Shown: positions 37,444 to 50,379 of the stretch, piece after piece | Position numbering within the stretch: the stretch's first letter is position 1 | How the letters are laid out: each line of letters starts with the position of its first letter | Assembly (NCBI RefSeq): GCF_009834535.1 | Contig: NC_045697.1 | Location: 31,498,001 to 31,562,000, forward strand | DNA length: 64,000 bases | Direction of reading: 5' to 3' | DNA from: Camelus ferus | Taxonomy: Eukaryota | The notes under the pieces: model-generated | The model's database searches: none | What the model saw: the letters and a program-made list of their open reading frames with translations, nothing else | Told to the model about the DNA's origin: nothing | Translations under genes and position numbers: made by a program

Positions 37444-40019
37444 CATGTGGATATCTAGCTGAACCCAAAAGGAATAGACCTAGGGCACAGAAGAGGCCAG
37501 ATCCCATCATGGCTGGTAGGAAAAATAAAATCTTAAAGAATGAAGTGAAGATACTGGTGTAGCACTGTTACTATGGGAACAGGTTTAATTCTGAAGATCT
37601 GAATGTGAAAGATGATGAACAAGTATACTTTAGTTTGCATTTTGTATGTTTACCTGCCCTGTAAAGTTTCTTTCCATTAAAAAAATCAATATATTAACTT
37701 TGCAAACCTTAGTTCTCTCATCTGTAAAATGGGGATCATGTTGGCTGAACCCATTTTAAGATATTTTTAAATATCGAGTTAAGTAACTTGCGAGGAAAGA
37801 AGCACATGGCATACCAAGATTGATCTGGAAATCCACCTGCAAATCCATAATGAACAAGACATTGTGCTATGTAATGTTAATTGGATTGTTTCCAATCTGC
37901 TTATTTCAATTTCCATATAAGGCAAATTTAAAGACCTTGTTCCAACTTTACCCATCACCATCCTGTCTTGGTTAGTAAAATTGAATTTAATTTCATTTCC
38001 TTCTGTGTTAGAAGCACAACTTTATCTATATTCCTGTTTGGGACTTCATATTAATATGTAATGCCTGGTGGCTCAAACATCAGAGCTGTGCAAAAGTCTG
38101 GGAATCTTTAATTTTGTCCTAGACCTTGATGCTACATTAATCCCAGGGCTGTGTGCCACCCAACTGTGACAATTATTTCTGTTTAATTTTCTAATTTCAG
38201 GCAGGACTACTTAGCTTGCCAATGAAGTCTTTCAGTGTCAGAAGCCAAGGCAGTTACTTATGAGCAGTAATAGCTTGTAATTGTTGCTTTAATTCCCTGG
38301 GGAAAGTGGAATCCTGTATGGGCTCTTTCATAATTAATACAGGTTTATTTATAAACTTATTAAAGCAAAACACACCCAGAGCCTAAGAGAGTGCTGGGCA
38401 CATGATAGGTACTAGCATGTTTGTTGACAGTATCTAGAAATAAATAAGTGAAAGTTAGTGCAAATACCTACATTATTTTCCAAATGGGGGTACTTTTGAG
38501 AGTCAAAGGGAAATCTGTCAGTGAAACTGGCATAAACAGTTTCTGTCCCAAGTGAAAGAGGATGTAAATTCATACTAATGAATATATATATATGTATATA
38601 GAGAGATATGCTTTTTGTGGACCATGCCATGTGATTATGAGACAATTATACTTCATAGAACCCAAGCAATGAAATAACATGGAATAGTTCCTTTAGAACT
38701 AGTGGTTACTTTGAGAACTTAAAAACTGACATGTAAGCTTTTCAGGTTTTCAGAGGCAGCCCTAAATTTATTCATGTAGAGTAACATGATGATCATTGTA
38801 ACTGAGCATCACGGAAAATTTGTAAACTACAACTTAAAAAACAATGTATAAAAAGCTTGACGTCAAATCTTTGGACAATGCGTGTTCATGGGATGACTTA
38901 AAAGTAAATTTGCAGAGCCAACAAAAAATTTGTGTATTTCCGTAATTAATTAAATCAAATTGATTGTAGGTTTCCAGGGGCTTTGTAATCCAATTATTCA
39001 GAAAAACAAATGTTCCAGATATTTCCATTCTAGATGTTACTTTGGGGGTCTTTATTGGTCAGTAAATTTTGCTCCAGGAAAAACAGTATGTGCTAGTTAG
39101 TGTTAATCCTTATTTGCTTTTTAAATTATTGTTCTTGTTACACAACTGACATATTTGATGAATAAATTTGCAAGGGAAACTTGGAGGATTGTTTTGGCTT
39201 GGGGTTGAATAATTTGAGAAACGGACAGTTATTTCATGACCACTTTGGTAAGTGGTAGCTTGGATTTTAGCTAATTAAGGAGCAGTCTGTAACTCTGCTT
39301 CCGGGAGGGAAGCAATGGCAGCCTAGTCCTTTCAATCTTGAAGCTTTACAGCTAGAATATTACTAGCACCATTGAAATAGGCATTTGAAATTTCACCACC
39401 TGCCACTTCATGGTTACAGTTTCAAGCGATTTCCATATTTTGATTAGGAAAGGTAGGTACAAGTTGAATTATCAGCAGCACTAAAAGCTTATTTTGTATA
39501 ATTAACTGTGATCACTGTTTGATGATATTTTTCTCTCCCAGCAAATGTTAATTTTTTTTCAAAGTCTTAATTCTATCTTAATTCAACTGATAAGATGTTC
39601 CCATTGTTGCCCACCTTATTCTTGCTCCTGAAAATCATTCCAGTAATACAAAGGTGCATTAAACACCTTTATGGAGAGACTTATTCTGCTCACTCCATTT
39701 TACTTACACAGTTCTTCTGTTTTACAAGCAGATTGTGCTGCTCTGACTGCAGGAGAAGTATCTCCACAGTAGTATCTCCTTATTAGTGTTATTTTTTATG
39801 GCATCAAGGAATTCAAAATTCTGAGTCCTTTGCATGCTTTGAAAATTTCTTCCTGAATTAATTATGAATAAGCTGAATTACTAACATTGAGGATGGTATT
39901 AGTGTTCTATTCATTTTAAATGAAAAAAGTCAACCTCAAAAATCTACAGTGTAACTCATATAGTTAACATTAATTTGACACTTATTCTGAATTAAGCACT
40001 ATTTTCAGCCCTTTATAAT

Positions 40020-40244
40020 CAGAGGTTGGCAAATTATATCTTATGGGCCAAGTCAAGCCCCATGGCTTGTTTTTGTAAATAAAGTTTTATTGAAACACAG
40101 TCACACCCGTTAACTTTCATATTATCTATCGCTGCTCCAACAGGACAGTGACAGAGTTGACCGGCAGTTGCCACAGAGACTTTACGGCTGATGAAGTCTA
40201 AAATATATACTATCTGGTCCTATACAGAAAGTTTGGCAATCCCT
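40020..40244 (+). mobile_element. MER58A hAT-Charlie MITE inserted in a MIR (~39960-40410, minus)
   Basis: cagaggttggcaaa...gtttttgtaaataaagttttattgaaacacag...tactatctggtcc...agaaagtttggcaatcccta, with terminal inverted repeats. Confidence 0.9.
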
Positions 40245-40999
40245 AGATTAAAACTTTTGACCTCCAAAACCCTATCAAGTTTCACTCTCATCCTAATCTC
40301 TATTCTGAAGATAAAGAAAATAGGACAACAAAAGGCAAAATGACTCGTCCAAGGTCGTAAAGCAAGGATTAAACCCGGGAGACTTGCTCCACAGTTCACA
40401 TTCTCAACTGTGCCAAACTGTATTCAAATGAAGGATTACGTTTGCTGCCTGTGAAGGAGCAATTATTCCAATACATTTCTATTAACAAAAATTGGGCACT
40501 AATTTGTTTTCTCCAAAGCATAAAAGACTTAGCAATTGTGGACTAATGCAGATTTTAAGACTAATTCTCAGTCCACATTGTGTTATTGGTGTGAATTTCA
40601 GACTGTAAAATTCACTGCATTTGTCATTTATATCAGAACTTGCATGCAATTTTCTGTAAATTCTACTAGAGAGTCAGAAGACTTTGATATGAATGATATA
40701 TGATATGATATATATGGAATTTAGTTGGTTTGAGGCAAGTAACAATGAATAAAAGGTTTATAAAGGATTCTGTGTCCTTACACATTTTTCTTGTCTCTCC
40801 AGCAGTTACAGGAGGCTTTTAGAAAATGACACTAATTAGAGAAGGTAATAGATAATCCTGTCATCAAGACCAGGATTTTAGATAATGACTGTAGCTTTTT
40901 TGCGGGGGGGGGGGGAGGTCCCTTATCACTATTTAAACCATTCAACCATATCCAATCCCTTTGGAAAATTAAAATTTTTGCACTAATCAGAGCAGGTTT

Positions 41000-41095
41000 T
41001 CTGCAGCTGCCAGCACGTGATGGACTTCCCAATAACAGGCGGGACGAATGTTCTTTTTCACACTTTGGAACAGCGTTCCCATGGCAACGCTCCCT
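41000..41095. promoter_or_regulatory. Candidate enhancer/promoter: RFX X-box with E-boxes, CCAAT and GC-box-like motif
   Basis: GTTCCCATGGCAAC at 41075-41088, CACGTG 41014-41019, CAGCTG 41004-41009, CCAAT 41029-41033, GGCGGG 41038-41043. Local CpG retention. Motif evidence only. Confidence 0.5.
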
Positions 41096-41265
41096 GTATG
41101 CATTCAAATGAAACTTCTCTTTTCCTTTCAAGAATCTTTCCTTTTTCTTCTCCCTATCTAATCTTTTATTACTATTATTGCTAAAAATAAGTACCTTGAT
41201 CTTTAAGAGGCTAAAACCTACCAGTGAGCCCTGTTTCTCCATTTTCCCTAGGAGATGTTTAGAAG

Positions 41266-41270
<5 letters not shown>

Positions 41271-41318
<48 letters not shown>
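41271..41318. repeat. (CA)24 microsatellite
   Basis: Read directly from the sequence. Confidence 0.97.
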
Positions 41319-41320
<2 letters not shown>

Positions 41321-42751
41321 TTCACTGGACATTGGCTTTCTTCCTTACTATATCAGATGGAGAATATCAGAACTAGCTTTGGACAAGGAAGATGATTGTG
41401 AGTGCTCAGACTTAATTCTAAATTAGAAACCTGAGTCAGAAGGTGAGGCATGTGATTTTTGCAAACGTGCAATAGTATACCATTGTCCTAATGCCCAAAG
41501 ATCAAGTACTATAATATGGGGACTGTGTTGACAGCAGACTCTGTTTTGCATATTGGGAGCCTTCTTGATTTATCATCAAGTGATTTGCATATTGATAAGG
41601 CACAGAATCTGCTGTTAGTAGCTGGCATTGAATAAAGGCATAAACTCTTTCTAATAAATAACGTAGGAGAAATCTGGGCTTGGGAGAATTTGCCAAGATA
41701 ATTTTACTACAAAATAACTAACCAACATAAAAAACAGAATAATAGAATAAATGAAGACATGAAGACAGAGAAAGGGAGGAGGGCTAGTTGACGTGCATAG
41801 AAGTGGATCCTTACAAATACCCTCAAACAGAATGAAATACTATATGCAGAATAAAAAATGCTGCAATTCAATGCTATTCCATGTGTGGGCTATGGGGTGG
41901 GGTTGGTCTGCCAGCTGTTAGTTACTGGTCCTCAGCAGGATAAGTTTAGTCCATATTAGTTGCCAGTGCACTCACTTTCCATGAGTGTGCTGGTTTTTTT
42001 TTTTTTTAATTGTTTTTTTCTATTGTGTTCTTTATGATTATATTTATTGAAATGTAATTGCATATACATTTAATCTAATAATAAAAGCAAGATTTGCAAG
42101 ATTTTGATTTACTTTTCTTTTTCTGAGAACTCATGAGTGTTTTATTTTATAAAAGCATTGTTACATTAATACTATCATAATAGTATTTTTTTTTAAAATG
42201 ACGTAGGAAGTATTATATAGTTGACATTAGATTATACTGGATACTTGAGGTTCTCTGTCTGTGTGCTTAAATGAATTTTTTTTATTTTTCCTGAAAAGAA
42301 GAAAATCAAATAGTACACATTAAATAATGGGGTGTATTTAGCATGCATTGTTTCATGTCATCTTCATAACACATCTATGAAATAGATCTTATTTTGTCCA
42401 TTTTACAGATAAAGCAACTGATGCTTAAGAAGATTAAAATCCCTTGTCTGTTATTGATCTGGCTGTTGCTGGAAGTAGTCTCTAACTCAGATGATTTAAG
42501 ATATCTTAATGAAGGGACTCCTTATGGAGGAGTGAGCGGAATCAAAAGAATCAAGAAGAGATGTCGAAGCATCCAGAAATCAGCAAAAGCAGGATGTCAT
42601 CATCACACTTAGGTCTGAGTGGGCAAGGGAAGAAGGTGTTACTGCAGTGACAGCTGGGCTGTTAGGAGAAAGGCCACCCTGCAAGCTCAGGGCCCTTAGG
42701 TGGAGAACCATAGCCACAGCCCACCTGCAGCCCGAGTCATAAATACCCAAT

Positions 42752-43396
42752 TGTAACCAAGCAGGACCCTGTGGGGCCTTCCCAGAACAGGCCACTCCCC
42801 CAAAACCATGTCCTTTGCCTGCTTCTTGCAGGTAGAAAAACTTTAGTCTTCTAGACCTCCCCGAGTTCCAAAGAGTACAGGGAAGTGAGAAAATGCAGAG
42901 AGACAGGAAAACAGTCAAGCAAGACAACATAATAATAGTTTAGCCATTAAACAAAGTCAAGGACTTTTTGTTTCTCCTCAAGGGCTAGAGATAATACTCT
43001 GAGCTATACCCTTTGAGCTGTTTGGTGATACTGGAAACCCCTTCTAGGTGGAAAAAGGTAACTGTATGCTGCCCACAAACACATAGACTCCAGACCAGTT
43101 AAAACCAAAAGGTTGATAATGTTGACTCCCGATTACCTCACCATCAACCAATCAGAAAAAAAAAAAAAAAAAGTCAATGAGCTGATCACACACATCACAA
43201 CCCTCCTCTCTTACCCTGTCTTTAAAAACCTTTCCTTAAAAGCCTTGGGGAAGTTCGGGTCTTTTAAGCACTAGCTACCTAAACTCTTTGCTTGGTGCCC
43301 TGCAATAAATGCTACACTTCCCTTGACCACAACCTGCTGTCAGTAGATTGGCTTTACTGCGTGCAGACAAGTGGATCCAAGTTTGGTTCAGTAACA
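42752..43396 (+). mobile_element. MER41-like ERV1 solo LTR (cetartiodactyl type)
   Basis: Ends tgtaacc...gtaaca. Contains CCAAT (aaccaatcag ~43147), TATA-like tttaaaa ~43221 and AATAAA ~43304. Sits inside an older LTR-like block (~42610-43520). Confidence 0.85.
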
Positions 43397-44119
43397 CAGC
43401 CTCTCTTTCCAGAGAGAACTGGAAATGGGAAAGAGGAGCCATCCAACAAGAGTGACCGTGGAGAAGGACACAGCAACTGCCAGAAGCCACACCGTCAAGC
43501 AGAGAGGATGCTGGGAGGAAATAAATATGCCAAACTTTCTCCTCTCCCACTTACAATTTCTTCCCTGGAGATGCATGTGCCTCCAACTATTCATAAAGCT
43601 TATGTCTCTAGTCCCTCTCTGGCATGAGTGACTTCCATGGCCTTGGGAGGGAAATACCAATATGTTTAGAAGTCACAGTTTCTGAAAAACTTGAAAAAGT
43701 AATTTTTTTTTAATCACACTCATTAAGAATTCTTTTTTCTCTCTAATTTTCCTTCCCATCCTGATGGGTATATTGGAGATGCCACTGCCATTTATTTTGG
43801 GAACTCAGTTAAGTAGAAATTGAATTAGGAATAATTTCAGGGGTTTTTCATGGGATTTTTATGGCTCATAGTCCCTTTCTGGTATAGTTAAGTCTTTCCT
43901 AGCCTTGCAACTGTAGAAATGGCTTCCAGAAATCCTCCAACTACCTCTGCGTCAATTTACCTGTTTTCAAAACAAAGAGGCGCCGGGCCAGAAGTGACAC
44001 TGTATAGATATATTTCTAGACACCTGAGACAGGAAGTATATAGGTAAAGAAGAAACAGCAAGGTTTAAAAGGAGCAAAAAAGTTAAAATATTGAAATCTA
44101 TCTTTGGAAAAATGTTCCA

Positions 44120-44390
44120 AATCTTATAATTAATACATGAAAAAAAACCTGATATTTTTGCATATTTGATAACAATCCTGAATATCTCCAAACACTCCAA
44201 AAACAATTCATAAGTTTAAAAGAAACTTTTAAAAACTTCACATTTAGTAAAAAACAAAATAAAAGTTTGCTCAACCATACAAGAATAAATACAGAATTAT
44301 CTTTCTATTCTATCTTCAGAGACTGTTATTAAAATCATGGTCATATGAAAAGTATGCAGGAAAAACAATGAGGGTAAAACACTGAGGAGA
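44120..44390 (+). mobile_element. Zaphod-type hAT-Tip100 transposase C-terminal fossil
   Basis: aacaatcctgaa...aaagaaactttt...tcaaccat...gaattatctttctattct...aaaatcatggtcatatgaa...agtatgcag resembles the hAT dimerisation-domain coding region. Confidence 0.65.
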
Positions 44391-45607
44391 TAGTTAATAC
44401 ACAAATAGGTATTTTTTCCTGAACTTTATATTTATGATACTGGAACATTTCTTTAGGAATGCATCCTATGCTTTTTTTAAATATGTAAAGCACGTGCTCT
44501 TTATTCAGATCTCTCCAAGCCTCAGTCACTACGTACAAAAGGGTTAGGAATGGAGATGCGTCTGATTTAGATCATCCTCTGTACTCAATTTAGCTACAGC
44601 CTCAAATCACAAGATCATTATCCTTATAGCCTATGAAAAGTAGAAAGATTTCTAGAATTATGAAGAAACATAGAGTTATCTGAATTTTTTCTAATTTCAG
44701 AACAATGATTTTTTGTTTATTAGGTAATTTCACATGGCTAACAGCTTGCTTATGAAATAACTGGTTAATTGTAAACGAGTCCCCATGTTTAAAGACATTA
44801 CTTATTAATAAAAGAGTATATTTATTTTCTAAAGATATTCTTTGACAGAGCTTGGGTTAAAAAATAAGTTTAAGAGCTTTAAGAACAAAGCAAAACAAAT
44901 AAGAAATAAATTCTTCTCTTCTTTCAAAGCAGCTCAAAATCTCGACACTGATTCTGAGGCAAGCTGCTTGTGCTTTAAACATCTTCAATTCAGGTACTGT
45001 GAAATCTGGCCCCTCAGCTATATATTCTGAAACACGTAAAATATTTGTCTCATATCATGACTGAAAAAAATATGTGTATTTTATTGATACATTTCTGTGG
45101 ATCTCATTTCCTTATCTGTGATGTCTCTCTGAAGACAGCATCTTTAGGCATTGCTAAAAATTCAACCAACCAACCAACCAGAATAAGTGGAATCAAGGCG
45201 AGCTGTCAGTCTTTCAGCCTAAAGGAACATCTGCTAATAGCTAACGTGCCTGAACCAGCCGGATTATGCCTGCGATAAGGTTCATTACTCTCTGAGGGGT
45301 GAGAGCTCCCACTTCACCTGAACGGATTCAGCTACATTATCAACCCAGGATGTATAAATTGCATTTAAAGTTGGAATAGTAACTAAGGCAAAATGGTTAC
45401 AGCATCTAAAATAGTATAATGAGGGATTACCACAGTTCTGAAGTTTCTTTGGAAAGAAAATGAGAGGAATTAGGCTATTATTCAGATCATCTCCCAGTGG
45501 ATGGAATACCCTTTCACCTTTCACAGACTCCTCCGCCCCCACCCCATCTGACCGATTTTCCCACAAGCAAAAGGAAGGCGTCACTGCCGATGAGAACATC
45601 TGGACAT

Positions 45608-46050
45608 CTGGCAAAGACTTCTACTGCTCATACCCATTCTTCTCTTCTTTCCTTAATAATGGACGCCGGACATTTTAGCTGAATGCATGACTGCCCCAGA
45701 ATAGCGTTCATGTGTCTAGACTATTTGCCACCCTGGATGCGCCCATATAAATATGTTCTCACCAATGAGACATGAGTTTGGCTTAATTTATGTGACTTCT
45801 TCATCCTGCCCAGTTTTTGCTCTTTGTTTGCCTTCTTGAAGCTTCTCTGTATGGATTTGGTAGTGAGCCACGTTAGACCATGTAGACAAGGGCAATATCT
45901 TAAGGATGCAAGGAATTAGAAGGCACTTGCTACCCCATTATATCAGTCTTGGATTGAATAAACTCAGGCTATTAGATAAGAAAGAAACAAACTTTGTTTC
46001 TTGTAAATACCTCCATTACTTATTATCTTGAATGCAGCAGCAGAATCTTC
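45608..46050 (+). mobile_element. MLT1J/K-type solo LTR
   Basis: cccattcttctcttctttcct...ttctcaccaatgagacatgag...gaccatgtagacaagggcaa...agaaagaaacaaacttt. Confidence 0.65.
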
Positions 46051-46254
46051 ATTCGACCTTAAGTAAAACTTTTATGATTCTGATTAAACACTTTTCTAAA
46101 ATATGGATTTCTCCCACTCAGAAAGGGACTTCCCTTGAAATCCTTATTCCTGCTTAACCAGTGATCCCAACCTTCTTGTAATTGAAGCAGGAAATCTCTG
46201 CTGTGTATGACTCCTAGATGTGCCTCTAGTTATGATATTAAAGTCAAATAAATT

Positions 46255-46472
46255 ATGTAACAATTATGGATTGCTTACTATGTGTTAGGTACTATGCCAA
46301 GGACTTCAAATATTCAGTCCCCACCGCAATCCTGTGGTACAAAAGCTGTAATTACTCTCATTACAAGTCTTTTGACCAAGATCACATAGCTCTTAAATAT
46401 TTGAACTAATATTCAAATTCTGGCAGTTGAAGTCTGGAGATTTTGTATGTAGCCATAATACTACACTGCCTC
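46255..46472 (-). mobile_element. MIR SINE fossil
   Basis: gcttactatgtgttaggtactatgccaagg...ttgaccaagatcacatagct...ccataatactacactgcctc. Confidence 0.7.
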
Positions 46473-46662
46473 TGATTTTTTTCCTTAAAATTCTGCTTTC
46501 TCAGACTTTTTCTGAAGTGTATTTTTTTGCTTGAGATTTAAATTCATTAGTAAACTGAATAGAGCTGAATAATATACAGTTCAGATACTTAGTGAATAAA
46601 TGATGTGCAAGGAATGATGTTCAACACATGATGAGGACTCAAGATGTCTTATTTCAATTAAG

Positions 46663-46850
46663 AGTGGAGTGCTGGAACCAGATCTTACAGAAGGTTACAG
46701 AAGTAACCTTCCCAACTCTGTATTCAGTTCAGTAAAAGCCTTGGTAATCACTCTAAATAGGACATGATGGAATACTTTTATCTCAGAAATTGGCAAACAC
46801 CTTATATCATTTTTTGTTTCCTTTGGAGAACCAAGTACTAGCATACTACT
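46663..46850 (+). mobile_element. MER63A-type short hAT element
   Basis: agtggagtgctggaacc...cttcccaactctgtattcagt...gaaattggcaaacac...ggagaacc...tactagcatactact. Shares internal text with 21380-21470 in the opposite orientation. Confidence 0.7.
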
Positions 46851-49800
46851 TACTAAGAAAGTAGAGAAGAATTACAAGTTTTTTTCAATTATGCAACTGA
46901 ATAATCAATTCAATATAAAACCTTTTTATACTCTAAAAGATCATGTTCTGGCTGAGGATACAAGCATATATGTATAATTGTAATACAAGGTAATATAGGA
47001 ACATTTTTAAAAGTATGTGTACAAAATTGAGGAAGCAGTTTAGTTTAAAATATGACAGAAGACAGAAAGCCAACTAATTCATGGCGTTTGTGATAGACTC
47101 TGGTTCAAATTGGAATGAAGAATTGGTATTAAATTTTCTGTGTGTTTGTGATAAAAAGACTGAATATAAGGGAAAGTCCCAATTCTGTTTGTTTTTATTC
47201 ATATAGTAAGATACGTGACAAACTTAACTTTACACCTAGGAAATAATTATCTATGCTGAATACGTATTAAGTTTCTTGATAAGATTTCCTGCCCATAAGT
47301 ATCTTTATCACTTTCTGATAGTTCTAACTTGAACGATTAATTTCCTGGAGTACTGAATATTTCCCTTATTAAAATGCAACATATCAGGAAGTCATTTTCT
47401 TGTAACATCTTATCAGTCAGTGGTTTTGAAGCCCTGATTGATTGGTGGTTCACATAACTGGCCTCCTTGACCCTAAACTGTAAATTCAAGATAATCAGCA
47501 CTTTGGAAATCACCATGCCCTTGGTTTAGTATGGAAAGGAAATTTTTAATCAATACTTCAAGTGTCTCACCATATAGTTAACCTCATATGTTATTCCTTC
47601 TTTTCACTCATTTATAATTACGAATGCCAGGTACTTAAGCAGATCTAGTGGCATTTGTCCCTGTCAAGCTTCGTACAGCAGACGTTATACATCCAATAGG
47701 CAAGTATACTCCATGGCAAAGGTATGTATTCTGGACCTCATACATTTATGTTCATCTGATTAAAACATTGGTTTTCAGTGACAGCTCTCAGTTCTGATAT
47801 TTCTAAATTCTTGCCTGAAATATATGCCTAATAAATTGTCATCCTGTCTTGCTTTGGCCAGCCCTATTGTAAGATTGCCATGTTTCCTTAATTCCTTAAT
47901 TTCTCTGGGCTAGAATTTTCCACTGATCTCTGGCCCTATGACTTAGATTCTGCTTCTGAGACCTTTCGAAAATTGACTCCCAGCTTGCTGACCTGGGCTT
48001 CTGTACATGGCCCACTCCTGGATTTGCAATCCATAGATTTGTTAATCCATGGTCCTTCAACTCTTGGAACATACATTCTTTGCTGGTCTTTCCAGAGGGT
48101 AATCAGCTACTCAGTGACCACCTGTCAGCAGTCATCAAACTAATTAAGCCCATTCACCACCACATCTTGAATTCCTCCCATAAACTATAGCTTGTCCTGT
48201 GACTTAGGACCTGTACCGAAGTAGAAATAAACCAATTTATGAGTTTCAAGTCTTCGTACTCTAGATTTTCCCATGGCCTCCTCAAAACTAAAACTTTAAT
48301 TTTAAAAAAGTGAGTTGGGTCAAAGATGCCTAGCAAAGAGATAAGCAGGGCAAGTGAATGGGATGCTGTTATAGGCATGAGAATGTGGAAAGAAGACAAA
48401 TCTTGAAAGAAGAGGACCTACCGTTTTCTACTTTGCCATTTTGCCATACCAGAGCTACTTTGGAATAATCTATGGCATACTGCCTTCTATGTAGTGAATA
48501 GCTTCCTCAGACTAGTATGACAGAAGGATGAAATATTGAACAATTGTGGACAAATGTTTCTTTAAGATGGAGATGTGCACGTGTGAAACTGACCACCCTG
48601 TACACATACATTTCACAGCTATATACAGCCTCTTGATTATTGAGCCTTCCTGGTCCAAGGGACCCCTGACTTGGGGCTTTTGGTCCAATGGGTAACAGGA
48701 GTGCGTTTGAGAAGAGTCACCTACGTATTTTGTGTTTCGGGTAGATTATTGTGATATCAAAATCCACCTATTTTTAGAAAAATAGGATTAAAATGAATGA
48801 ATACCTGCTCTTTCTAAGTGTGCCTTTGATACAGCAGATTAGTAATCAAAATGGGTTGAACACCTATAAAATAATGTTTAGACTCAATCAAAAACTAAAT
48901 TTTGTAACAATGGCTTATGTTATGCATTTGCAAATTTTTGTTTTGTCAAATCTGGATACTGACATTCAGGATGTTGGAAGAGATTTGAACCACTGAAAGG
49001 GAATACTTAAAAATGTTTTTTTAATTTCAATATACTTGTCCTTTATGACATTAAATAATACTTTCAAGGGACTAGTACAGAAAGATATATATTTACGAAT
49101 ATTGATAAAAATATAAAATTTCAATTATGAATAAATATTCCTGGTGAGAGTTCCAGGGTGCACTGAAAGCCAGAATGTGTTGTCATAGCCAGACAGAGCA
49201 GAGACAGCATCCTCGAGAAAGTGCTGCTTAAAGTGGAAATGCAAGAGTGAGAAGCTAATTGCATAAAGAGAAGAGCTGTGGAGGGCTGTCCACGAATAGG
49301 GGAAATGTGGTTTTGAAACTGAATATGCATAATTCCATAATTCAGTAAATACTTTTTAAGTGCATACTCTATTTCACGTCCTCTTATAGGACCTGGAGAT
49401 TTAGAAGTGAACAAGCCATTTACACCCTGTGAAGGAAGCTTTAATTATCAAGGTAGTAAAATGTTACCAATTACATTACTGAAGATTAATGACAAAACTA
49501 GGTAGATTATTTATTTTTTAAAGTCTGTAGACATTATTCTGTAGAACTGCAGTTATTTTTTAAATATTTTCAACATTTTCAGTTAAGTGATTTAGTGGTT
49601 TTCAATTAAGAGTGTTTCCTTGTATTACTTATTACAAAGATCTAGTCTCAAAGACACAAAACAATGAAAAAATAAAAAATGATGAAACTATGAACGAATT
49701 GAAAATGTTCCCAAGTTAGCTCTAAAAATTCTGTTACTCATTAAGCGATATGTTTTTATTATTAAACATGTGAAAATAATCTAATTTATTTTAAATTTGA

Positions 49801-50379
49801 TATATAATTTCATTTGAGCAAAACAGATAGTGACAGAGAAACTGAATTTGTTTTAATCATCTGATTTATTTTACAATCGAATATAAATATGGACACTTTA
49901 AATAAGATACTTAAAATAGTTACTCTAATAAATTAGCAAGATAAATAGCTCTTCTACAATAGGGTAAAGTTTTAATCCTTTTCAGATTAAGGAATTCCAC
50001 TGGGAGGATTTCCCTTCCTATAGAAGGATTTTTCCAGGGAGTTGGTTCCAAGCACATCATTTGTGGTAGAGAAAACCTTGGTTGGTTTTCTTGTATAAAA
50101 CAAGACATGTGTACTTCTTTGCAAATTGTCACAGACTCATGGTTTCTTTACAAATGTATTTCAATTTATAGAAGCAGTAGAGACAAAGTCTAAAGAAAGT
50201 CAATTATTTTTGCATTCTTGGTTAGAAAATTATTAAGACTCATTGTTAGTTTCTCTATGACCTAAAAGTATTTAGTTCCTTGGATCTGAGGTCTCACTTA
50301 TTGAAACTGACTTTCATAAAGAAAGAAATTAAATAAGGACTAAATCCAAACTTTTTCATACATCCTTCAAAAAGAAAAA

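Noticed and set aside
38170..38260. Strong-looking splice acceptor at 38200 (also 40802; donor at 60004)
   Set aside because: Stops in all frames shortly downstream, or no matching partner site; such signals are common by chance.
40832..41426. 166-aa and 82-aa ORFs
   Set aside because: Their length is partly due to (CA)n and poly-G tracts; no protein features.
41870..42230. Possible Charlie/MER119-like DNA transposon with a small hairpin
   Set aside because: Similarity too weak to assign a family or boundaries by eye.
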